Positions 28,032-36,418 are shown, numbered from the stretch's first letter. The stretch: 64,000 bases of DNA from Streptosporangiaceae bacterium (GCA_035505275.1 DATJQX010000059.1:22414-86413), one strand, 5' to 3'. The notes: generated by a model not told the origin, from the sequence alone. Numbers and translations are program-made.

Positions 28032-29537
28032 CTAATCCTTTGGCTGCATCCCCGGCCGGGCCGCGGCCGGGACGGGTACGGCCGCCGCCGTGCCTTCGGC
28101 GGGACCAGGCGCCGCGGCCTCGCGCGGCGGAACCGGCCGGTCGGCCCGCGTCAGCAGCACCGCGGAGACGACGCCCGCCGCGGCGAAGAACGCGATGATC
28201 AGGACCAGGGCGTTCCGGTAGGACGCCACCGGGTCGACGGGGGAGAGCCGGGACAGGATGGCCACCAGCGCGGCCACCCCGAGCACGGTGCCCACCTGGC
28301 GCCCGGTGTTGAGGATCCCGCTGCCGGTGCCGAACCGGGCCGGCGTCAGCGAGATGCTGCCCGCCCCGAGCAGCGACGGAATGGCCAGTCCGACCCCGGC
28401 GCCGCCCAGGAGCTGGGCGGGCAGCAGGTGGGTCACATAGGCGGGGTGGGCCTGGATCCGGGACAGCCACAGCAGCTGGGCCCCGGCGTTGACCAGGCAG
28501 CCGATCGCGGCGACACGGCCGGGCCCGCCAAGCAAACCCGCCAGGCGGGGCGCGACGACCCGGGCGAACGGCAGCACCATGAGCGGCCCGGGCGCGATGG
28601 CCAGCCCGGCCACCACCGCCGAGTAGTGCCACACTCCGGTCAGGAACTCGACCGCGCTGAGCACGAACGCCCCGAACCCCGCGTAGTACAAGATCGACGC
28701 CGCGAACGCGCCGCTGAACGTCCGCGAGCGCAGCAACTCGAGCTCGATGACCGGCGAATGGTGCCGCCGCGACCGCCAGACCATGCCCGCGCCGCAGGCC
28801 AGCGAGGCGGCCAGCAAGCCGATGAACCCGGCCGAGCCCCACCCCCAGTCCGGGGCCTTGACCAGCGCGAGCGCGACCAGCCCGACCGACGCGGCCAGCA
28901 GCCCGGCACCGATCAGGTCGGGCCGGCCGCGCGACGTCACATCACGGCTCTCCGGCACGACCCGAACGGCCAGGATCACGGCGGCCACCCCGACCGGCAC
29001 GTTGATCCAGAACACCCAGCGCCAGTCGACCTGGACCAGGCTGCCGCCGATGACCGGGCCGAGGGCCGCGCCGAGCGCGCCCAGCGCCGACCAGGTGCCC
29101 AGGGCCTTCGCCCGGGCGTGCGCCGGGACGGCGGCCAGCAGCAGCGACAGCGACGCGGGCACCATCGCCCCCGCCCCGGCCGCCTGGATGACCCGGGCCC
29201 CGATCAGCGCGGCCACCCCCGGCGCCAGCCCGCACAGCACCGACCCGGCGCTGAAGACGGCCAGCCCGGCCACGAACAGCTTGCGCCGCCCGATCCGGTC
29301 GGCCCACCGCCCGGCCGGGACCAGGACCGCCGCGAACACGATCGTGTAGGCGTTGAGCACCCAGGACAGCGAGCTGAGGCTGGTGTCCGGGTACTGCCTG
29401 CTGATGTACGGGAACGCCAGGTTGACGATGAACAGGTCCAGGCTGGACATGAACACGGCCAGCGCCAGCACGCCGACCACGGCCGCGACCCGGCGGGAAT
29501 CCGGACCTGCCGTGGGTGCCGGGGGAGTGGAGCTCAC
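28032..29537 (-). CDS. MFS transporter, DHA2 (14-TMS) type
   Basis: 501 aa with LDLFIVNLAFPYI and GRWADRIGRRKLF motifs and many TM helices. Confidence 0.85.
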   Translation of the reverse strand: MSSTPPAPTAGPDSRRVAAVVGVLALAVFMSSLDLFIVNLAFPYISRQYPDTSLSSLSWVLNAYTIVFAAVLVPAGRWADRIGRRKLFVAGLAVFSAGSVLCGLAPGVAALIGARVIQAAGAGAMVPASLSLLLAAVPAHARAKALGTWSALGALGAALGPVIGGSLVQVDWRWVFWINVPVGVAAVILAVRVVPESRDVTSRGRPDLIGAGLLAASVGLVALALVKAPDWGWGSAGFIGLLAASLACGAGMVWRSRRHHSPVIELELLRSRTFSGAFAASILYYAGFGAFVLSAVEFLTGVWHYSAVVAGLAIAPGPLMVLPFARVVAPRLAGLLGGPGRVAAIGCLVNAGAQLLWLSRIQAHPAYVTHLLPAQLLGGAGVGLAIPSLLGAGSISLTPARFGTGSGILNTGRQVGTVLGVAALVAILSRLSPVDPVASYRNALVLIIAFFAAAGVVSAVLLTRADRPVPPREAAAPGPAEGTAAAVPVPAAARPGMQPKD

Positions 29538-29632
29538 TGGTCATCCTCCTAGTAAGTCCGGAATCTGGATTTACTCTACTTCAGACTGGCTAGTGCGTCC
29601 AGAAAACTGACTGACGAGGTAGACTGCGAAAC

Positions 29633-30100
29633 ATGGTGAGTGTCCCGGCCGAGCCGCGCCCTTGCTCGATCGCGCGGACCCTCGACATCGTCGGCGAGAA
29701 GTGGGCCCTGCTGGCCGTGCGCGAGGTCTTCCTCGGCAACCGAAGGTTCGACGAGATCGTGCGCCGCACCGGGGCGCCGCGCGACACGCTCGCGGCCCGG
29801 CTCCGCACCCTGGTCGGCGCCGGGATCCTGGAACGGCGCCCCTACAACGAGCACCCGGCCCGCTACGAGTACTACCTGACCAGCGCGGGCCGCGACCTGT
29901 ACCCCGTCATCGTCACGCTGATGCGCTGGGGCGACCAGTACCTGGCGGGCGAGGACGGCCCGCCGCTGGTCCTGGAACACCACTGCGGGCACCAGGTGAC
30001 CGCCCAGGTCGTCTGCGAGGCCTGCGGCGAACCGCTCCGCCCCACCGACACCAGGCCGCTCACCCGAGGCCGGCAGGACGCGGCCAGCGTCACGGCCTAA
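29633..30100 (+). CDS. HxlR family transcriptional regulator
   Basis: 155 aa with CSIARTLDIVGEKWALLAVREVFLGNRRFDEIVRRTGAPRDTLAARLRTLVGAGILERR. The gene is divergent from the MFS gene. Confidence 0.85.
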   Translation: MVSVPAEPRPCSIARTLDIVGEKWALLAVREVFLGNRRFDEIVRRTGAPRDTLAARLRTLVGAGILERRPYNEHPARYEYYLTSAGRDLYPVIVTLMRWGDQYLAGEDGPPLVLEHHCGHQVTAQVVCEACGEPLRPTDTRPLTRGRQDAASVTA

Positions 30101-30222
30101 CCGCAAGTCTGCTGCCGTCGTCGCCCGTGACACCACTACGCGTTCGGATAATTAGATCCCGAATTTTTGCCCGAACGAATCGTGGTGCTTCTCCCGCGCC
30201 AGCGAATCCCTCTGGACGCTGG

Positions 30223-31200
30223 CTACCCGATCACCGAGACCGTGTCGTCGCCTTCGTTTACGACGTACACGTCGCCGGTCTGCGGGCTCACCGCGACTCC
30301 CTCGGGGTCGTGGCCCACGGCCACCGTGCCGGTGACCGCGTTGGTCTGGCCGTTGATCAGCGTCACGGTGTTCTCCGCGCGGTTGGCCAGGTAGATGGTG
30401 CCCGACGCGTTCACCGCGACGCCGTACGGGCCGGCCCCCACCGCGATCGTGGCGGTGACGAGGGGCGTGTGGGTGTTACTGATCACGTACTCGGTGCTGC
30501 CCTGGCCGCCGCTGACGTACGCCTCGCCGGTTACCGGGCTGACCGCTACCGAGTTGTAACCGCCGCCGCTAGCCGGGATGGTGCTGATGACCGCGTCGGT
30601 ATAGTCCTTGAGCACCTGCAGCATGCCCGGGTTGTAGCCGGTCACGTAGATGTTCCCGTTGACCGGGCTGACCGCGACCGCGGCGGGGTCGGCGATCACC
30701 GGGACGGTGGTCCCGACCAGGTTGAAGTAGCCGCCGATCACCGAGAGGGTGTTGCTGCCGCTGTTCGCGACGTAGACGGCGGCGGTGCCCTGGTTGACCG
30801 CGACTCCTTCCGGGTCTGATCCGACCGGGATGGTGTCGATGACCGCGTTGGTCTTGCCGCTGATCACCGACACCGTGTCGCTGCCGCTGTTGGTCACGTA
30901 GATCTCGCCGGTCACGCCGCTGACCGCGACCGACCACGGGTCGCTGCCGACCGGGATCGTCGCGATGACCTTGTTGGTCGTGCCGCTGATCACCGACACC
31001 GAGTCGCTGGAATAGCTGGTGACGTAGACGTCGCCGGTCACCGGGCTGACCGCTACCGCGCTCGGCGCGCTGCCCACCGGAATGACTGCGGTCACGGGAG
31101 GCACGTCGGGCATGGCATCGGCGCCGGGACCCAGCGCCGTCAGGACAGCAACCGCCGTGGCGGCGCACGAGACAAGGAACCACCGTGCTGACATTTCCAC
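30223..31200 (-). CDS. Secreted YVTN-type beta-propeller repeat protein
   Basis: 325 aa with a signal peptide. The ~40-aa unit VAVSPxTGxVYVTNxGSDTVSVIxGxTNxVxxTIPVGxxPxGVAV recurs. Confidence 0.85.
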   Translation of the reverse strand: MEMSARWFLVSCAATAVAVLTALGPGADAMPDVPPVTAVIPVGSAPSAVAVSPVTGDVYVTSYSSDSVSVISGTTNKVIATIPVGSDPWSVAVSGVTGEIYVTNSGSDTVSVISGKTNAVIDTIPVGSDPEGVAVNQGTAAVYVANSGSNTLSVIGGYFNLVGTTVPVIADPAAVAVSPVNGNIYVTGYNPGMLQVLKDYTDAVISTIPASGGGYNSVAVSPVTGEAYVSGGQGSTEYVISNTHTPLVTATIAVGAGPYGVAVNASGTIYLANRAENTVTLINGQTNAVTGTVAVGHDPEGVAVSPQTGDVYVVNEGDDTVSVIG

Positions 31201-31399
31201 CCCGTAGCTAATTCATTCCCCGGCGCATTGGGCGCAATGCAAAATCACTCATGCCCAGCGTGCTATGAAAATAAACGCAGGCCGGGAAGGCGCGGATTTC
31301 CGGCATGTCATAATCTGGACGCTTATTCCGGCAATTACTGAAGCTCGGTAATATGACGCGCGTTACGCGGGCTGCGCTTCTCGCGGCCGGGCGGTTCCG

Positions 31400-31546
31400 T
31401 CAGCCAGTGACGTTGATCACGTCGGCGTTGACCATGGTGGACAGCCGGTGCGCGATCGCGACGGTGGTCCGCGAGCCCATCAGTTCGTCGAGGGCCCGCT
31501 GGACCTTTTCGGCTCCCGCGCGTAGCCTCACGATCCGCCTCCTGCG
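31400..31546 (-). pseudogene. Orphan C-terminal fragment of an ABC transporter ATP-binding protein
   Basis: A 48-codon stop-to-stop frame reads ...[38 protein letters not shown]. This matches the D-loop/H-loop region (GRTTxxIAHRLST..AD.I.V) of ABC exporters. No Walker A/B or signature motif lies upstream. Confidence 0.55.
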
Positions 31547-31663
31547 TCAACGGCTCTGCCTCGCTACCGCCGACAGCGCAAGATTCAGCCGAGGCCTTTG
31601 CCCGGCGCGTATCGTAGGGCCGTCTCGCCCGTCCGGGTTCCGCGTCTTTGCTGGAGGCTCGCC

Positions 31664-32305
31664 ATGCGGTTCACCAAGCTCGGGCACTCGTGCGTCAGGC
31701 TGGAGAAGGACGGCGCCGTCCTGGTCATCGACCCCGGCACGTTCAGCGACGCGGCCGCGGCGCTGGCCGGAGCGGCCGCGGTCCTGGTCACCCACGAGCA
31801 CCCGGACCACCTCGACGCCGACGCGATCCGTGCCGCGCTCCACGCCGACCCGGACCTGACGCTGTGGGCCAACCCGTCGGTCACGGCGCAGTTCGGGGAG
31901 TTCGGCGGCCGGGTGCACGAGACCCGCCATGGCGACGCGCCGTCCGTCTCGGGCTTCTCGGTGCACGTGTACGGCGTGGACCACGCGCTGATCCACCGGG
32001 ACATCCCGCTGGTGGTGAACACGGGGTTCCTGGTCGAGGGCGAGGTGTTCCATCCCGGTGACTCCTACACGGTCCCCGAAGAGCCCGTCGGCACGCTGCT
32101 GCTCCCGATCAGCGCCCCCTGGCTGCAGGCGGGGGAGATGATCGACTACTTCCGCGCCGTCGCGCCCTCCCGCGGCTATGCGATCCACGACGCGATCCTG
32201 AACGAGGCCGGCCTGGGCTTGATGACCAGGATGATGTCCGTGGCGGCCGCCCCCAGCGGAGCGCCGGTCGCCCGGCTGGAACCCGGCACCACCCTGGACC
32301 TGTGA
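31664..32305 (+). CDS. MBL-fold metallo-hydrolase
   Basis: ATG 31664 gives MRFTKLGHSCVRLEKDGAVLVIDPG, and the HxHxDH motif is THEHPDHLD. Confidence 0.8.
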   Translation: MRFTKLGHSCVRLEKDGAVLVIDPGTFSDAAAALAGAAAVLVTHEHPDHLDADAIRAALHADPDLTLWANPSVTAQFGEFGGRVHETRHGDAPSVSGFSVHVYGVDHALIHRDIPLVVNTGFLVEGEVFHPGDSYTVPEEPVGTLLLPISAPWLQAGEMIDYFRAVAPSRGYAIHDAILNEAGLGLMTRMMSVAAAPSGAPVARLEPGTTLDL

Positions 32306-32316
32306 AGGAGCGGACA

Positions 32317-33132
32317 GTGGACGAGCAGCGCATCACCGTGGAAGGTCAGGAGCTCGCGTACACGTGGAGCGAGGGCCAGGATCGCCCCGTCATCTTCGTG
32401 CACGGCAACTCCTCCTCCTCGCGCACCTGGCACGGCGTCATGACCGGGCCGTTCGGGCGGCGCTTCCATTGCCTGGCCTTCGACCTGCCCGGCCACGGGG
32501 CTTCGGCCCGGGCCGGGAACCCCGGGGACTACTCGCTGCCCGGTTATGCGAGGACCCTCACCGGGTTCGCCCAGGCCACCGAAGCCACCGACGCGGTGAT
32601 CGTGGGCTGGAGCCTGGGCGGGCACATCGCGCTGGAGGCCGCTCCGGGCCTGCCGACGGCGGCCGGGTACGTGGTGTTCGGCACTCCGCCGGTCTCCACC
32701 ATGGCCCAGATGGCCGAGGCCTTCCTGCCGAACCCGGCGATGAACGTCGGGTTCGCCGCCGTCGTCTCCCCGCAGGACGCACGCACCTACGCCGCCAGCT
32801 TCACCGCGCCTGGTTCGGCCCTGCCGCTGGACGATTTCGTCGCGGACATCGAGCGGACCGACGGCGAGGCCCGGGCCGGCCTGTTCGCCAGCGTCGTCGA
32901 GGGCCGGTTCGCCGACCAGGTCGCGGTCGCCGAATCCCTCGGGCAGCCGCTCGCCATCCTGCAGGGCGAGGGCGAGCAGCTGGTGAGTCTCGACTATCTG
33001 CAAAAGCTCACCATCCCGCCCCTGTGGCGCGGCACCGTCCAGGTGATCCCCAACGCCGGCCACGCCCTCCACCAGGAGGCCCCCGAGGCGTTCGCCGCCC
33101 TCCTCGCGGACTTCATCGCCGATCTCCCCTGA
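32317..33132 (+). CDS. Alpha/beta hydrolase
   Basis: GTG 32317 lies behind a GAAGGAG RBS (the ORF is open from 32302). It has VIFVHGNSSSS and the nucleophile elbow GWSLGG. Confidence 0.8.
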   Translation: MDEQRITVEGQELAYTWSEGQDRPVIFVHGNSSSSRTWHGVMTGPFGRRFHCLAFDLPGHGASARAGNPGDYSLPGYARTLTGFAQATEATDAVIVGWSLGGHIALEAAPGLPTAAGYVVFGTPPVSTMAQMAEAFLPNPAMNVGFAAVVSPQDARTYAASFTAPGSALPLDDFVADIERTDGEARAGLFASVVEGRFADQVAVAESLGQPLAILQGEGEQLVSLDYLQKLTIPPLWRGTVQVIPNAGHALHQEAPEAFAALLADFIADLP

Positions 33133-33226
33133 CCGGGACTGGTCAGATCGTCACGTCACCGTCCTGCTTCCGGTACGCTACCTATCGTGATGATTTGGTC
33201 TCATTGCGCAACCTGGACGATACCCG

Positions 33227-34252
33227 GTGGGAATCGACCGCTCTGACGACGCCGGCGACCCGCCCGCCGAGCAACCAGACCGTTCGGCCGACCGGGCGGA
33301 CGCCGCCCCTGCGGACCACGGCAAGCAGCCATCCCGGCGCGAGCAGATCGAGCCCCGCAGTCGCGAGGAAGCCTGGACCGACCTCCGCGGCACCGTCGGC
33401 CTGCAGGAGCGAACCGAGCCGGCCGGCCCCTCCGAACCCGGCGCCCGCTCCAAGACAGGAGAACCATCCGAGAACGGCCACCAACCCAAGGCCGAACCGA
33501 GCTGGGAAGAGAAGGCCAACGAGTCCCGCTGGATGTGGGGCGAGTTCAAACGCCGCTTCCCCGCCGAAGAGCGCCCGCCAGTAGACCGCTCGAAGGACCC
33601 CATCGGCTCATGGCGCGCCGAAGGGGACAGATACCTAGACCCCGTCAAAAACCAACGCATTGACGCGGAGTGCGACCGTATCGCAGACCGCGAGAAGGAA
33701 AGGATCTTGCCCGGGTTGCGCGCTGTTGAAAGCCAAGATCCACAGCGGCACCTGGTCGGTTTCGACCACCGCCTCAAAAGCCGCGATCGCATCAAGGAAA
33801 AAGTCTGCGATACCCTCAAGGAGCAGTCTGAGCTCTCCGTAGATGGAGCTGTCTCGCTTGTTCCAGACGCGATTCGGTTTACCTTTCAGTACGAGGATGC
33901 GCGTTACACGCGGGGCGTCTACGCGGACATGGCGCGCATGCGAGAGCAGGGCTTCCAGCTGAAAAGCACAAGGAATACCTGGTCCGATGACCAATACAAG
34001 GGCATTAACAGCCAGTGGATTGAGCCAGTAAGTGGCCAGCGGTTCGAAGTGCAGTTTCATACGCGCATCAGCCGCGAGGCAAAGGAGCTCACCCACCCTG
34101 CCTACGAACGGATCCGCGCCGTACCGAAGCCTGATAAATTCGAGCAGATGGTCTTGGAAGCCTTCCAGAAAAAGGTCACCGCCGAGGTGCCAATACCGCC
34201 CGGTGCCACCGATATTCCCGACTACCCGAAGAGAGGCACAGATGCCAGATAA
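33227..34252 (+). CDS. RelA/SpoT-fold (small alarmone synthetase / toxSAS-like) nucleotidyltransferase with a disordered acidic N-terminal region
   Basis: 341 aa. Motifs occur in RSH-synthetase order: HRLKSRDRIKEK (RxKxxxSIxxK-like), VPDAIRFTF, QYKGINSQW, FEVQFHT (ExQxxT) and THPAYERIR (HxxxY). The start is GTG 33227, with an alternative at ATG 33533. Confidence 0.6.
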   Translation: MGIDRSDDAGDPPAEQPDRSADRADAAPADHGKQPSRREQIEPRSREEAWTDLRGTVGLQERTEPAGPSEPGARSKTGEPSENGHQPKAEPSWEEKANESRWMWGEFKRRFPAEERPPVDRSKDPIGSWRAEGDRYLDPVKNQRIDAECDRIADREKERILPGLRAVESQDPQRHLVGFDHRLKSRDRIKEKVCDTLKEQSELSVDGAVSLVPDAIRFTFQYEDARYTRGVYADMARMREQGFQLKSTRNTWSDDQYKGINSQWIEPVSGQRFEVQFHTRISREAKELTHPAYERIRAVPKPDKFEQMVLEAFQKKVTAEVPIPPGATDIPDYPKRGTDAR

Positions 34253-34508
34253 GGTCACGTATTACGCTATTGTCAACGACTTGAGCAGTCGTGACCGGCC
34301 TGCAGGTGTATTCCGCCGTATCTACACAGAGGACGGCGGCAAACTCGACGAAGCCTTCACCCGGAATCTCATCTGGGAATTCAGCCCATCGCTTATCTCC
34401 GCCGAGCGCGGAGATCTGCAAAACGAGTTCATCGAGATCACCGAGGACGAGGCGAACCAGATCGTAGACCGCATCCGAGCTACAGTCGCTGGCGCGAACG
34501 ACGGCTAA
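34242..34508 (+). CDS. Small acidic protein overlapping the RelA/SpoT-fold gene by 11 nt; candidate cognate antitoxin/immunity protein
   Basis: 88 aa (MPDKVTYYAIVNDLSSRDRPAGVFRRIY...EITEDEANQIVDRIRA). Its ATG lies inside the last codons of the upstream gene, it shares the same atypical low GC, and no family is recognised. Confidence 0.55.
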   Translation: MPDKVTYYAIVNDLSSRDRPAGVFRRIYTEDGGKLDEAFTRNLIWEFSPSLISAERGDLQNEFIEITEDEANQIVDRIRATVAGANDG

Positions 34509-34598
34509 CCAAGCTGGCACTCGGGGCACCAAAATGCTCGACCACCTCGTCCGCGACCCTTCCTCGCATCTGCTACTGCCAGGGCCCGGCTCGCTTAA

Positions 34599-34652
34599 CC
34601 AATGGTTGTGACAACGTACCCATTCTTCTGGGTAGGTTGCCACAACCATTGG
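34599..34652. terminator. Long hairpin between convergent genes (17-bp arms, one mismatch, 20-nt loop); candidate bidirectional terminator and island boundary
   Basis: ccaatggttgtgacaac ... gttgccacaaccattgg. Confidence 0.45.
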
Positions 34653-34835
34653 GTCGGTACCCGGGCTCCGATGGAACGGATGGTGCGGGTGCGATTCATG
34701 TGATGCCGACAGGGTTCTCCGGGGTTCCGCCAGCGGTAACGCAGCGAGCCGGTCGCGGCAGCGTTGATAAGGGCTTGGCCTAGGCTGATCCTACCGCCTA
34801 CGCCTCCGCCGCCCTACGCCCGCCGAGCCGCCGCC

Positions 34836-36131
34836 CTACGCCTCCGCCGAACCGCCCAGCGTCCGTTCCGCCCCGCGCACCACCGCACCATCCTCCACGC
34901 TGACCACCACGAACCCGCTGAACCCGTCCGCCTCGAGCCGCCTCAACTGAGCCCCGAACTTCCCGCTTCGCCGCACCGTCTCAACCACGCGTCCGGCCCC
35001 GTAAACCCCGCGCAGTTCCCGCGCCACTTCCAGCGCGTCCGCCACCGGCACGTCCGGCTCCACCAGCACCGCCACCGCGTCCCGCGAGGGCCGGCGGGCC
35101 AGCAGGTCCGCGATCCGCTCGAATCCGATCGAGAACCCGCACGCCGGAACGTCTCGCCCCAGCGACCGCCCGATCAGCTTGTCGTACCGCCCGCCTCCGG
35201 CCACCGAACCGCTCATGTCCGGGTGGATGATCTCGAACACCTGCCCGGTGTAATACCCGAGCCCCCGCACAAGCGTCGGGTCGAAACGCCAGCTCAGCGC
35301 CCGTTCGGCCGCCAGCCGGTCCAGGCATGCGGCCGTATCAGCCAGGTCCGACACGACCTCCGCAGGCAGCTTAGGCAGGCGGTCAAGCAAGGCCCCGGCC
35401 AGCCGAGAACCGGGCACGCCCTCCAGACCCTGGATCGTCTCCTGCACCGCAGAGACCACCGCAGCGTCGAACCCGAGCTCGGCCAGTTCGGCCCGCACCC
35501 CGTCCCACCCGATCTTGTCCAGCTTGTCGACCGTGATAAAGAACGACTCCCAGGCCTCAGCAGGAACCCCGCACTCCTCGGCCAGCGCCGAAAGGAACCG
35601 CCGGTCCGACACCCTCACCACAGTGCCCGAAAGCCCCACCGCCGCCAGCGCCGCGCTGGTCGCCTCGATCAGTTCCGCCTCCGCGAGCACGGAAGCCTCG
35701 CCGATCATGTCGATGTCGCACTGGTAGAACTGCCGGTACCGCCCCCGCTGCGGCCGCTCCGCCCGCCACACCGGTCCCACCTGCAACGACCGGAACGGCA
35801 GCGGCAGCGACGCGTGGTTGTGCCCGTAGAACCGGCTCAGCGGCATGGTCAGGTCGTACCGCAGCCCGAGGTCGACCAGGTCCCGCAGCGGAGTATCGGC
35901 GCCGACCGAAGCAGGCAGCCCCCGCCGCAGCACCCAGTAGGCAAGCTTCTCGTTCTCCCCGCCCTGCCCGCTCGTCAGCCGCGCGATGTCCTCCAGCGCC
36001 GGCGTCTCGATCCGCTGGTACCCGAACCGCCGGTACACCGCCGCGACCGACTCCAGCACACGGTCACGGACCGCGACGTCAGCAGGCAGCAGATCCCGCA
36101 TCCCCCTGGCCGGGCTGTTATCGATCTTCAT
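34836..36131 (-). CDS. hisS: Histidine--tRNA ligase, archaeal/eukaryal-like subtype
   Basis: ATG 36131 gives MKIDNSPARGMRDLLP. It carries LRYDLTMPLSRFY, motif 2 WRAERPQRGRYRQFYQCDIDMIG, and motif 3 GGGRYDKLIG. Confidence 0.85.
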   Translation of the reverse strand: MKIDNSPARGMRDLLPADVAVRDRVLESVAAVYRRFGYQRIETPALEDIARLTSGQGGENEKLAYWVLRRGLPASVGADTPLRDLVDLGLRYDLTMPLSRFYGHNHASLPLPFRSLQVGPVWRAERPQRGRYRQFYQCDIDMIGEASVLAEAELIEATSAALAAVGLSGTVVRVSDRRFLSALAEECGVPAEAWESFFITVDKLDKIGWDGVRAELAELGFDAAVVSAVQETIQGLEGVPGSRLAGALLDRLPKLPAEVVSDLADTAACLDRLAAERALSWRFDPTLVRGLGYYTGQVFEIIHPDMSGSVAGGGRYDKLIGRSLGRDVPACGFSIGFERIADLLARRPSRDAVAVLVEPDVPVADALEVARELRGVYGAGRVVETVRRSGKFGAQLRRLEADGFSGFVVVSVEDGAVVRGAERTLGGSAEA

Positions 36132-36292
36132 TGAGGCCTTCCGCACATGAGGTACCGAGCACGACACCGCCAGCGCACGGCGGCACACGCAATGCTAGGT
36201 GAGCGTCTCGGGTGTTCGCCTCTAGATTTTCCCGCAGGACGTGGGAGGTGAGGCCGGCGCGCAGTGGTGCGCCCCGGCCCGCCTGAAAGATT

Positions 36293-36368
36293 GCGGAAGA
36301 TCCGTGCTCCGCGGAAGATTGGGCGCCGTATTTGACGCCTTTTCCTCCGTCAAGCACGGATCTTCCGC
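36293..36368. repeat. Perfect 16-bp inverted repeat (GCGGAAGATCCGTGCT / AGCACGGATCTTCCGC) with 44-nt spacer, plus an extra direct GCGGAAGAT copy, in the hisS 5' region
   Basis: The arms are at 36293-36308 and 36353-36368. The third GCGGAAGAT copy is at 36311-36319. Confidence 0.8.
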
Positions 36369-36418
36369 CGTAAATCCCAGATACGTCGAATTCCCGATCG
36401 AAGGGGCGCCCAAGACAT

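Noticed and set aside
29538-29632. Possible HxlR operator GTAAGTCCG...TGGATTTAC
   Set aside because: Only 7 of 9 positions are symmetric, so it is not distinguishable from chance.
31335-31550. 71-aa minus-strand ORF from the track
   Set aside because: It has an Arg-rich nonsense composition. The adjacent frame carries the recognisable ABC ATPase C-terminal fragment instead.
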